A DNA stretch of 64,000 bases from Eremomyces bilateralis CBS 781.70. Taxonomy: Eukaryota. The position numbers were made by a program, and so were the translations under genes. Below are positions 1 to 11,938 of the stretch, in pieces; the stretch's first letter is position 1, and every line of letters begins with the position of its first letter. The notes under the pieces were generated by a model. That model was given only the letters and a program-made list of their open reading frames with translations. It was not told the DNA's origin and ran no database searches. The stretch lies in NCBI GenBank assembly GCA_010015585.1, contig ML975158.1, one strand, 5' to 3'.

Positions 1-1840
1 CCCGATGCCGGTCGAAAAGCAATGTGTATATTCTCCAAAGATTCCGGAAGAGGATTAGCACCATCCGTGTCCGAGCCTCGGATAATCTTATCCAGATCAG
101 GGTTACGAGACGTCCTGATCACGGTCGAAAATGCATTGGAATATGATCGTCTAGTCCTGAACATGGGTCGAGCGCCAATGATGTTTCCTAGAAAAGCCAT
201 GCCGCCACAGATAACATAGGCTATGACGAGGTTCCGAGGTTCGTATTTGTATACGTTCTCGGACTTCCAATTGGTGACCATGACCGGGTTTGAATTGGTT
301 TGCCTATTGAATTTTGATGTCAGATAATGCCTGAGACCATTATGCGCAGTAAATCTCGACTTACGTGAACGCCGCTTTGCTGAAAAGACCTAAAGTTATG
401 TTCCTGGTCAGTTGTTCGACGCCGTATATAAACGTCGCATTTTTGGCGTTGAGACTGGTTCCAGTAATTTTTTCGCCCTGTGTATATTTGCCAGACTCTT
501 CTGTATAAACCATGAATGCAGCGGCCAGAGCATTGGTTGGTCCGTAGATGCCTTCAAGCCAGCCACCAATCTGATATCCTAATGAATGCATCACTGCTTG
601 ATAGTTCATGATCACTCGCTTGCTCTCATCGTAGGTACGGTGGTCCGGTCCGAGTCCGAGTTCAAGACTGTTCACGGCAGTGACTTCGTTCAGGACCGTT
701 TCATTTCTTACCGCCAGCGTCTGAACCCCGCTGTCGAATGTGAACTCAACTGTATATGAAGAGTTATGCAAGCGGCAGTCAGACACCACATCACCAGTTT
801 CCCAGGGTCCGGTCTCGTAGTGGTCTCCTGGTCGAAGAATATAAATTCGTGTGCCCACTCTTTGTCTGTCCACATCCAAGCCTGTGTTATTCATGCCCAG
901 GAACTTGTAGAACACATCTTCAGCAGAGCATCCAGCGATACCCTGATCCCAATAATGGACATTATTTAAATTTCGAAACTGATCTTCGAATGATACTGAA
1001 TCGTTTAGCGGAGCCGAAGCGTAATATGAGATATTTCCTGCACGTCCCACATCTGAATAATTTAGTCGGACAGGGAAGGGGTGGCAATGGAGAGAGGGAC
1101 CGTAAAACTCGAGAATATAGGAAGAATTGTTGAACGGGGGTTCGATACGGGGGATATGGCCAGAGTATGCCACAATTGTGGACAATCCCAGGAGTAATCG
1201 ACTTGGCACGGCGTATTTTTCGGAGGTATCGTAGGACATTTCAACAAAACATTTGCTGTTGAAGTCTACTTGTGGGACTATCGCCGGGACTCTATCAGCA
1301 ACACCAATGGAGACAACTGTAAGTGTAGGTGGCGCAGTAATCACTGCGAAAGGGAGAAACCTTCTGCAGTCAGTCAATGTCGTCAGGAGAGTGCAAATCG
1401 GTACGCTGCCAGTGGACGACTGCCAAAAAGACCAAAAGGGGACTGAACTTCCAGAGCCTGTAACTGAAGAAGCCCATGGGGTTGGACGTTATATCAAACA
1501 AACTATCCGCAACACTAAGTTTGACAGGTTCTCGGTTGGTCTTGAGGCCATCCCAAAAGCACTGAATAATGGCAATGCTTATTGAAAGCGAGAGCAGAAT
1601 TCGAACGAGAAACGCGAGCGCGGTTCCAACTCGACTGACCCACTCCTGAGTTACTCCCGTGCCAACTATAACACCATCCATATATGAGTAAAAGCCATGA
1701 TGGATACAAGCGACGATGATGCCTGCGGCCAAACTTCCGACCATCAACGTCGGCTGCTGCCAGTGTATCTTCCCCGTCTTTTGTGGATGCTCACTTAGCA
1801 GGAAGTTCAATGAGGAAGGTGGAGTCGCTGGAGGTTCCAT
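1..1840 (-). CDS. Uncharacterised fungal multi-pass membrane protein, 3 exons, 3' end runs off the window
   Basis: Exon 1 1840-1410 has hydrophobic helices (HHGFYSYMDG...QEWVSRVGTALAFLVR). Exon 2 ~1360-365 has YILEFYGPSLHC and CRLHNSSYTVEF. GTAAGT intron 364-304. Exon 3 (NVYKYEPRNLVIAY...FSTVIRTSRNPDLD) is open to position 1. Confidence 0.7.
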
Positions 1841-3212
1841 TTTCTCATATCAACGACGAGGTCAATGACTATGCGAAGGGCAGTTGAACATTGGATTGAG
1901 GAAGCTGACGCTTGCTTCGAAGGATCGTCATCATTAAATCTCTTCCGACGCCCAGTGAACCTGAGCTATACGACACAAACTGCTTCAGCGTCCCTTACCA
2001 GCTAGGCCACACTCCCGGGACGGAGCCGCGTTTGAAGAACGAAGAAGACGCAAGAAATGGAAAGACCAGGGCACTCGAAGCGGGATACAGCGGATGACAC
2101 ACCTGAATTCATAGGCAGAGCCCTTGGATCATTTAAGAAATGGGCCCCGAGAGATGCGGTGCCCTGTTTCTAGTATGCTATGGTGAGGTGCTGTAACCTC
2201 CTAACGGTTCCGCAGTTGATTTCGGATTCCGAACCTTCATGATGCTGACAGCGTATGTAGACGGAATACCTTGTGTGTAATGGACGCTCCCTCCAAACCA
2301 AGGCCTCGCTATTTGGCGATAATGAATGCAGTTGTGAATTTCAGGGTAAGATGAGTGGACCCTAAATACAGGAATTAGCAGCCGGTCGAGTATAGAAGGG
2401 ATACCGAATAGAAAGACTTAGCCGGATGAACTACAGAACAGCGGTCGATGAGACAGGAGAGAGTGTGAAACGGAAGGGAACCAACAGGATAAGCCAGTGA
2501 TGGAATCAATGTCACACCCACGAGCGAAAGGAACAAATTGTGCTTGAGATAAAAGTAGGACAAGAAACGCCACCGTAGGTACTGTTCAGGGATTCAACAT
2601 ACATAGATAGTCTCGGACAAACCCTAAAGGCTGGAGCATTTCTACCAGTAGGTGCTGGTATATAAATCATTCCACTGGTTCTGTTGAGGATGAGCGGGTG
2701 AGCACAGCAAACCCATGCATCACGAACCCTTCGGGCTGCTACTAAGTATGCTGTGGTTGGGATTCAATGTCTTCCAAGTACCGATGTATCGAGCACCCTG
2801 AGCCTTAGAATGCGGCGCACCCAATTGCCGCATTACTATCAACAACGGTAACGATATGCACGGAGTTACCCGTATGTTACCCCGAACGAATGCAGTAAAG
2901 ACTCTGCTCATGGCCGGCTTTGAGTTATTCTCTCTCTCTCAACGACGTATTTCGTCATGTTAGAGCCATATAGTGGATTCCTTATCTGACTGTAGAGCGT
3001 GGGGGAAGATTGTGACCGTGCGCAGTTAGTATATTCCGGCGTAATCGCGATTGTAAATCTTCGTATTCGACTATGAACCTATATACCGCTATATCCATAG
3101 CGAGTAAGAGCGGCGCAGTCTCATTAAGCATTATGGGAATAAATGAAGTGAGCCATCCAATGCACGCTGTTGCATAGGGACAACAGCAGTCGTCAGCTCC
3201 GATTAGAACCGT

Positions 3213-5646
3213 TCAAAGCAGTGGCACGTCGCCATACTTCTCCGCGTACATCCCGAGCGCCTTGATCGGGAAGATGAACTTGTAATTCGGATACGAAATC
3301 ATGCTGGCACAAAGTTAGCGTCGACCCAACTTAGACCCGCAAGCCCCATCCAAACTCACCAGCTTTTATTAAACACCCCCTCGATCGCCTCCTGCAACCA
3401 CTCCCCATTCTTCTGCTGCCTCCGCATCACCATCCGCAACGCGCGCTCAATCGGCTCCTTGTCGGGATACTCCGCGTACATTAGCCCGATGACCGCCCAG
3501 CACGTCTGCACCACCTGCGTGTTCTCGTGCTCCGTCCACACCTGGTCCTCGCAGCTCTTATACGACTCGCCCCACCCGCCGTCTGCGCGCTGCTTTCCCA
3601 TCAAGAACGCGCACCCCCGCCGTACCGCCTCCGAGCTCTCGTGTGTCTCCCCCATCGCCGCCAGTGCCTCCAGCGCGAACATCCCCGCGTACGTGAAGCA
3701 GATGCCCCAGGAGCCGTACCAGCTGCCGTCGGGGCGCTGGTTGGTGCGGATCCACGCGACCGCGCGCGTAATCAGCTTCTCAATCTCGGCGGTGCGGTAG
3801 TCCGGATCGAACTTGCGGAACGTCGTGAGGCCGATCACCACCGCGGTCGTGCATTCGGGATAGTCGTATTCCACCATGATATTGCCGAACACCTCGGCGG
3901 CGTTGAGCAGCTCCAGCCAGTGGCCGCCGCGGCGGGTTTCGTACGAACTGCAGGCGCCGGTGTCGGCGTTTTGATAGGTGAGGAGGATGTCGGCGGCTTG
4001 GCGGAGGCGATCGTGGGAGATGAGCTCGGGGATCCCGGGGAGGGCTTGCGCCATGATGACGGATTTGAGGCCCTCAGCGGTGCAGTCGGAGACGGCGTAG
4101 CCTTGGAGCTTGTTGCTGAAGCCCCAGGCGCCCTTGCGAGGGTGGCGGTAGCACTTCTCCATGTCGACGGCGTCCTCGCGGATCTGCTGCGTCTCGAGGA
4201 ATGCGAGGCCTTTGCGAACGACGGGCTGCCAGCGGGGATCCTCGCCGAGGCCGGCGTACACGATGGCTTGCATGGCGAAGGCGGTGTCCCATGATTGCAC
4301 GCCATTGGTGCCGTTCATGAGCATGCCTTCGTCTTTGACCCACAGGAAGTCTTCCATGTGTTCACGGTGCAGCTTGACGGACTCGGCGTCGGAGCCTTCT
4401 TGGATGTAGCAAGAGAGCAAATTCATCGGACCGTTGACAGGTCCAAGATTGGCAAAGCCAGTGTTGAGGTCCTCGTATTGGATTAACTTCCACGTCCAGT
4501 CTTCGGCTGCTTTCTTGATCCGATTGATCCGAAGGAACGGGTTCCAGATGTTCACAAAAACGGTATTGACGGTGTTCAATAGCCAGGATTTCGGGTAGTA
4601 TTCGTCCAACTTGCTGATGCTGTTCCGATTGCTCGACCATTTAATCGACTCATATGGCTGAGGGAACAGCTCTTTCCGGAGAGCCTCGGTAAGCGGAGTC
4701 AAAGGATATGACCATTTCTTCGAGGAGACGAATGACATGGGGAGGAAGACCATTCTCATATGGATCCACCATCGCCATGGCGAGATCGGAGTCCAGTCGG
4801 GGAGAAGCCTGAATCTGTGAATACCATACCAATTGGGAATATCATATGAAAACTCACCATAATTCCGGAGGAACAGGATTGACAATGTCCCATTGCATAA
4901 CGCCCAGAACGCTCAGCCAGAATTTGGCCCAGTGCGGTCCATAGATCGCGCCGCCCATTTTATGAAGGGTTCCCCTCGCCTTGACCATTCGCGGGTCTTC
5001 TGGATCCGCACCGAGCAATCTGAGGCACGTATAGTTCATCGACGTGCCGAACACGGAGCTATCTCCCTCGATATGTAGGCCCCACCCTCCATCCACCTTG
5101 TGTTGTCGCGCGAAGAGGTAGTTCTTCATCTCGATGGCATGTTCCGCGGGGATCGGGGTCTCCGTGACGTACCAGGTGATGACGAGGCCCGGCAAGAGGA
5201 ACATCGGGCCGCCATATTCGCAGGCCCAGCTCCCTCCTGCCGACTGGAGACGGGAGAAGAAGGAGAGGGCGTTGTTCACGGAGGCAATGGGGGTTTTCGC
5301 AGGTGGAACTTCCGGTGCTCCCTAGAGGTTATTGTCAGCTTAACAAAGCCATGGCCGTGGATGTGATCTATCATACCGTGTCCAAGCCCAGGAAGTATTT
5401 ATCCGCGGCAGTTTGCGGCCATTTGGCGACCTCCTCGTCGGTCCTCAGGTATTGCCATGTCTGTCGACCACCGTCGTCCAGCATCCGCCAGCGCGAATAG
5501 TCTGTTTTGTCGGCCTGGGGATCGGTCGGAATCGCACGACCGTTTCCAGTCTTCTCCGACTCTCCGAGCTGCGTTCCCGTAGCCTTCTTCGCTGACCCGT
5601 TGGCTTTCTCTTTGGCGGCACCGCTCGCCCGTTTCTTGGTCGCCAT
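3213..5646 (-). CDS. ERG7: Lanosterol synthase (2,3-oxidosqualene cyclase), multi-exon
   Basis: Catalytic VSDCTAE motif; QW repeats ([29 protein letters not shown]); [20 protein letters not shown]; last exon [17 protein letters not shown] ends in TGA at 3213-3215. Confidence 0.97.
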
Positions 5647-6763
5647 TTGAGTAGAGCGAGGAATATACCTCCAATAGGTCGATACGGGCCAATTGATCGA
5701 ATGGACACTCAAACTAGATGAGAGCAGCAAGCACGTTATCAATTGAGACCAACTGAGAATGTTGAAGCTTCTCTCTGAGAGCAGAGCGGGATAACGAAGT
5801 GGGCGAGTGGAGGTGTCGAAGGGGGGGCTTGGGTAAATTCATTTATTTGACAAGCATTCCCTCATTCCCTAGCCGGTTCTTCCCCAGTTATTACTCCAGA
5901 TCCCAATTCTCCCCAATAATGAACCATCTACGCCAGGATTGGTTAGGGAGGAGCTGCGCCCCGACGTTTCGTCAGCTGCAATTCGTTGCAATTGGAATAA
6001 GGTGGAGGGGAGCATGGAGATCAGGGTCGCATCGGAAATGTCACATATAAATCCGAAAACCATCTTCAATTCAGTTGACGACTTTGCTGTCCTCTGTGCC
6101 GCAAATCCCGTATGTTCGTTCGATCAGGAAAAGGATCTTCTTATAAATTAATTTTATGTCGATGGAAGCAAAATCCCTATCTGCCCCTGTGTGGTGTACG
6201 TACACTTTCCAAATTCTAACACCCAAACCAGGGGTTCTAGCTCGGAGCTCCTGTTGATCTGGTAAATAATACGCCGTAAAAATACTGCAGGCCACACCGC
6301 TTTCGTGGGCGTTTTCATTTCCAGGTTGATGGATGGGTGGTGGAACTGTTTTGCATGGACCCATCAAGAGAAGTAGTCGGATCGATCTTCCATCCGGCTT
6401 CCGATGTACTTAGCACCAAGTCAATGGGGTTAGACTCCGGACAGGAATCCTTCGCTCGTGTGGTTCTAATATCGGAAGATGGTTCGACATTGGACGTTCT
6501 TCTCCCTTTGCACGCACATCTTGAATCTTTTCAACGCTTTCTGCTGTTCGTATCTCTCACTACCCTATCGCTTCGGTATCGATTCTTTACGTATAAGTTC
6601 GTCTGATCCCTAGACCAGTCGTCATATATATGTCATGACAATCAATCAGTTTACGGAGTGATACCCAGTCGCTATATCAAAGCACATGGAAAACAGTGCC
6701 CGGTCATCTACCAAACCCCTACTAGGGGTCCCCCCTATGTACGGACACTTGCAATATATTCTT

Positions 6764-8209
6764 CTAGAAATTCTCAACTTTCGTCCCAATCCCCCTCGCG
6801 TTCGCCAGCTTGACCAGTTCCCCTCCAACAACCACATCCATAAGCCCCAACCCCACGCTCTTATACACCACATTCCCCTTCGCCAACCACTCATTCAACC
6901 CCCCATCATCCCCCGCCTGCTTCGCCTGCTTCTTCCCCCCAATTTGAATACTATGCGTCGTCGTCAAACTATCCACGCTCCCCCCCCTCCCCCCCCCCCC
7001 CCCCCGCTCCTCCCGCCCCCGCCGCTCCGCATCGTGCTTCAACATAATCAACTCCCCAATCTCCACCACCTCCTCCTCCGTCACTCCGGCCTGGATAATC
7101 TCCCCCGCCTCCCGCATACACCCTGCCAACGTATCCACCACCACCGCCCCGCCCGGCTCCGGCGTCGCGTGCCGATGGTAGTGAAAATGCCGCGCCTGCC
7201 GCGGCGGCGACACCGCCGCCTGTACTACTTCCGGCGGCACCTCGATCATCTCCGGCTTGTAACTCCCCACCGCCGCGATGTATCGTCCCTTCTTCCGCCC
7301 CTCCGAAGCCGTGAGTAGCTCCGCCGGGAACACCGGCGCGGTCGATGGGGTCGTCGTGAAGATCACGCTGCTCCCGCGCACCGTGGTTTTCAAGAGGTGC
7401 GCATACTCCCCGTGGCTCGGGGTTAGCACCGACAGCTTCGGCTGCCACAGCGGGACGGCTGGATCCGCTTTGAATAGGTCGCGGAGGAGGCCCGCGGCGC
7501 GGTCGAAGCTGCGGTTCACGATGTTCAGGTGGTGGATGTCGGAGCCGCGGAGGAGGAGCGCGAGGCGGGCGTGCCAGTAGGCTTGTTTTCCGGCGCCGAA
7601 AATCGTGACGTCGTGAACGTTGGCCCGCTTTTGGAGGAGGAGCGTACTGGCGAGCGCGGTGCGGAAGGCGGTGAGCTCCGTGGCGTTGAGGAGCGCCGTG
7701 GGTGAGCCGGAGGAGTCCAAGAGGGTGAGGGTTCCGCGGGGAGCGGTAGTTGGGGCTGGCGAGTTCAAATCTTGGGTGGAAATCGACGAAGGAACCGTGC
7801 TGGAGTGAGAATCGCGGTCAGATGTTCGCTGCGAGTTAGAGGAAAGTGTGAGTTCCGAGAGACGCGAGTCGAGTGATGATCGTGGTGAATCGGATATCGA
7901 CGCCCGTGTCGACAGACTCGGTCTCTCGGTCGATGTCGCAATTCCCTTCGATAACGTCACCACCTTCATGCCCATCCCCTCGTTGCTCGACGCCGGCATG
8001 AACAGCGTCGTTGTGCCATCCTTCCGTTCCACCACCGTCCGGTGCGGCTGTAACGTCGCGCTGCACCCGTTTTCCAACTCTTCCGTGGAAGTCGAGTAGT
8101 AATGTAATGCATCCGCCAACGCCATCTGCATGTGCATCACATCCTCGCGGGTTAAATCATGCAGCAACTTGCGGACATCTTGGTCCGACAGGATAGTTAA
8201 TGTCGACAT
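6764..8209 (-). CDS. Ornithine cyclodeaminase / mu-crystallin family NAD(P)-binding protein
   Basis: Single ORF from ATG 8209 (MSTLTILSDQDV). Motifs TTLFMPA, MKVVT, LNATELTAFRTALAS, IFGAGKQAYWH, AVGSYKPEMIE, VVYKSVGLGLMD. Confidence 0.9.
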   Translation of the reverse strand: MSTLTILSDQDVRKLLHDLTREDVMHMQMALADALHYYSTSTEELENGCSATLQPHRTVVERKDGTTTLFMPASSNEGMGMKVVTLSKGIATSTERPSLSTRASISDSPRSSLDSRLSELTLSSNSQRTSDRDSHSSTVPSSISTQDLNSPAPTTAPRGTLTLLDSSGSPTALLNATELTAFRTALASTLLLQKRANVHDVTIFGAGKQAYWHARLALLLRGSDIHHLNIVNRSFDRAAGLLRDLFKADPAVPLWQPKLSVLTPSHGEYAHLLKTTVRGSSVIFTTTPSTAPVFPAELLTASEGRKKGRYIAAVGSYKPEMIEVPPEVVQAAVSPPRQARHFHYHRHATPEPGGAVVVDTLAGCMREAGEIIQAGVTEEEVVEIGELIMLKHDAERRGREERGGGGGRGGSVDSLTTTHSIQIGGKKQAKQAGDDGGLNEWLAKGNVVYKSVGLGLMDVVVGGELVKLANARGIGTKVENF

Positions 8210-9645
8210 TTCGGCTCCGAGTTCCCCGATCCCGGCAATTTTTTTTATTAATTTAAGATCTGTCCTTGCCGTTGCGATCAAGGCAAGATAGCTGCACCAA
8301 GCCACCAGGACCAACGGAGCATTCGGCAAGCTTCCAGAGGATTTTTCAGCCAGGACTTAGCGACAGACGAGGGGGAATCGGGACGTGAAACAGGCTTCTA
8401 GCTAGGTCAGAATAGGCCAGAGCGTTGATTCAAGTGCCTGAGCTTGTTCGAAACGTCTGGTTGCCCCGGAAAGGAGATTCTGGGCGCTGGTTGTAGACAG
8501 TAGACTGTTTTGTAGACAACAGGCGGGACGGCGGGGTGCACCAGCACGGACAGGAGCTACTCCTGACTAAGTGTGGCTCCGATTTTACCCACTGTTTTGG
8601 ATTTCTTGGCGTGGATCTTTGGCGCTGACATTGGCTTACTCATCATCATCATGGGAGAAACCCTCAATAGTTGTCGTAATTTGGGTACGGTCCTCTCGTT
8701 TCTCACAGCAGAATGACCAGATACTGATCTGCATGAGCCTGAGTCCTGAGATGAAGGATGAGAGATCGAGTTTTAACAACTTTAAGCGAGATTCGATAAT
8801 GTATACTATGGCTGTGGCGGCTTTGAAGTTTGAACCGATGATATCCCAAGTCCCCGACTGCATGGGCGAGGGTTGTGATATGGATTTCTGTTCACATCAC
8901 GAGATTTTGGGATTTGGCGACTCGCGAGAGTGGTATTCGGATTATTGCGATTTAGCGGGAGCGGTCCATGGTTGACATCACCCTTCTTAGGCGGTTGGGT
9001 TATTAATAGTAGACTGTCGATAGGCGATTTTGGGAGGCGAAGATATGTATGACAATTGCCGCCGTCTCAGCTCATATCAAGGCGGTATTAGACATCAGTG
9101 GACCATCAGGCAAAATGATACCATAGTAGAGGGGTGCGTGGTGGTGTGAGTGATGTGGCATGCGAGGTCCAAAGACGTCGAGGGATGAATTGAACGAGAG
9201 GCGAATAAAACCCGAATACCACCATGTGTGAGAAACATTAGGAGGGAGTTGGAAATGCTGTGTTGTATTGCACCTAGACCTTGTAGGTGATACGTACACG
9301 TCTTTTGCTTGCGCCATAACATCCGCGATGCATGCTCTCCCTCGCAATAATCGAATCGAAGCCATCAATGAACCTAGCTCATGTGACCCGACTCCAGAAC
9401 ACATATGCCGTAACGGAAATGTATAGTGCTTTGCCCCAGAACCCGCAGATGCAAGTGCGACCACACCGAAGAAATAAACCCCATGAAACCCCGTACCGAA
9501 ATGCCGAAAACGTCATGAAACAGTCGAACGAGTCCTCGGAACACGAAGCGAACAGAAAAGAATTAGAAAAGACGTGCTGCCCACGAGAGGGGAGAGTCAA
9601 CCCGTGCCCGGGACATGAAGCAGGAGAAAGCAGTGCGGTCCGCGA

Positions 9646-10927
9646 TTACATGATGATCGCCGGCACATCCACATTCTGCTTGATTGACTTATGCGGCAAA
9701 ATCGACCCTCCATTCACGTAGATCTCATCCCCGATGCTCACGTCGTCCCCGAGCACCGACACGTTCTCCAATCGCGCCCACCGCCCTACCGAGCTGTTCC
9801 ATCCCACGATCGTGCTCTTGATCCACGCGTGGTCCTTCACCTTGCTCCCGGCCAGTAGCACGCACCGCTGCAGCCGCACGCCGTCGCCCACGACCACGTT
9901 CGGCCCGATCGTTACGTTCGGGCCAATGCGGCAGTTCTTCCCGATCTTCGCAGTCGGGTCGACCATCACGTTGCCGCCGTGCACGTAGGACTCGGACACA
10001 GGGGTGAGTAGCTTGGAGCCTTTCTTGGAGAGCGAGGAGAGGTAGAGGCAGGTGCCGGCGAGGAAGTCTTTCGGCTGTCCGACGTCCATCCAGAAGCCTT
10101 CGAGGTCGAAGGAGTGCAGTTGCCCATCGCGCACCATGGATGGGAAGGTCTCCTGCTCGATGGAGGTGGGGCGCAGCTCGATGCGTTTGAGGACGGAGGG
10201 GTTGAGGATGTAGAGGCCGGCGTTGATGCGGTTGCCGACGTATTCGACGGGCTTCTCGACGAAGCGGTCGATCTTGGAGGTGTTCTCCTTGTGGACGACG
10301 ACGCCGTACTTCGAGGGCTCCTCGACCTTGGTAACGACGATGGTTCCTTCGGCGCCGTGCTGCTTGTGGTACTCGGCGAGCTCTCGGAACGGGTATTCGC
10401 AGATTACGTCGGAGTTGAGGACGAAAAAGGGGGCGTCATCTTTGCCGAGAATCTTCTCGGCGAGCTTAATGGGGCCGGCGGTGCCGAGGGGTTCGGACTC
10501 GACGGAGAATTCGATACGGACGTTGTATTCTTTCTCGTACTGTTGCGATAAAATGTCAGGGGACGCTCCGTGGAGTAATGAGAGGATTGGAAGGGCGGTG
10601 AAGCGGAGACTCACTTTCTTGAGAGCAGCGGTCATGACCTCTGGACGGTAGTTGACAGCAAGGACAATATCCGTTACGCCTGCTGCTGCGAGGCTCTCGA
10701 CTTGGTGGAGGATCATCGGCCTGTTACCGAATTCGACCAATGGCTTCGGGAGAGTGAGTGTCTTGAAGTCATGGTCAGTTCGATTGTATCTAGCGATCTG
10801 TCGATTAAGAGACATACCAACGGTCGCAACCGTGTCCCGAATCCGCCGACCAGAATGAGTGCTGGAGTGATATCCTGTCAGTCGCATTGCCATAGTGGTT
10901 CTGTATACCGTGTCTCTTACCCTTCAT
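9646..10927 (-). CDS. MPG1: Mannose-1-phosphate guanylyltransferase (GDP-mannose pyrophosphorylase), 4 exons
   Basis: Spliced N-terminus [44 protein letters not shown]-terminal left-handed beta-helix hexapeptide repeats. Yeast PSA1 ortholog. Confidence 0.97.
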
Positions 10928-11938
10928 GATGGTGATTTGAAAGTTCTTGAATTTGTAAACGAGTGGTACGTTGATTCGCAAAGCAATGAAGGTGGATGGA
11001 GGGTAAAGCGAAGGTGGGAGCTGAAGCTCTTAAAACAAAAGTCAGGGTCACACTGAGTGACTTGAATACGACAGTACAGCGGCGAAGTTCACCTTCCTCA
11101 AGTCACGGAAAGGTTAAAGGGGTGAACAACAGCAGTATCGTGGTCTGGACGACTCGTGGCACGCTGGGGTAAATAATTAGTGCAATATCCAACTTGTCAG
11201 GTGTCCAGATTGCATTTTCTTTTGCACCTGAAACTGGAGCATCGGACGGCGAGGGGAGATGATTCGGCGAACAGACCACCAGCCATCGCCAATCGGTGTG
11301 TTTCGCCCCTTGCATGAGTTGCATGATGCATCCCACCCATCCAAGGCTCGGCCAAGTACTATGTACGTACGTATTAATACCAGCAACATGAAAGTCCGGG
11401 GATTCTTCTGGAAAAACAAGCCCAAAGGCACTGGTCACAGGCTTCACAGGGCTCTATTATTAACTAGACGCAGGAGAATCCGGATCGCCGGTTCCGAATT
11501 TTGAGGGCAAGGGCTACAGTCTGCACACCATAGTTAGCGACAAATCGATTACCTGAACTTAAATCATCGTTATGAAGGCAATCATGACTAAATGCCCGTA
11601 TGGTAATATTGCTCAAGAATGATGGGGATAAACTGCCTTGTGCTCTGAATACCTGAATGTCTATGGCCATATTAGGCTCCAGGGGTATTTGGGAGTGAAG
11701 CGTTGGCTACTCATCTAATCATTGAATTTGATAATTATCGTACGGAGTTATCTTGCTAGTTCGTACAGAATCGAATCTGTATGTAGGGCGAGCCTATTCC
11801 ATGGACGGTATAATATCCCTTTTCATCCGTAACCCAGTTTGCGACCCCTGCATATCCGGCAACTATCCTGGGTATAACGTAGTAGGAACTTCAGCCTTCA
11901 TGTCCCTGAAGGTTCCTCCCTGATGCAGCATTATTAAG

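Noticed and set aside
3213..8209. Triterpene biosynthetic cluster around the oxidosqualene cyclase
   Set aside because: The neighbours are housekeeping genes and the only P450 is >40 kb away; consistent with primary ERG7.
8209..8329. TTG-initiated N-terminal extension of the OCD-like ORF
   Set aside because: Family-like sequence begins at ATG 8209; the extension crosses an AT-rich leader.
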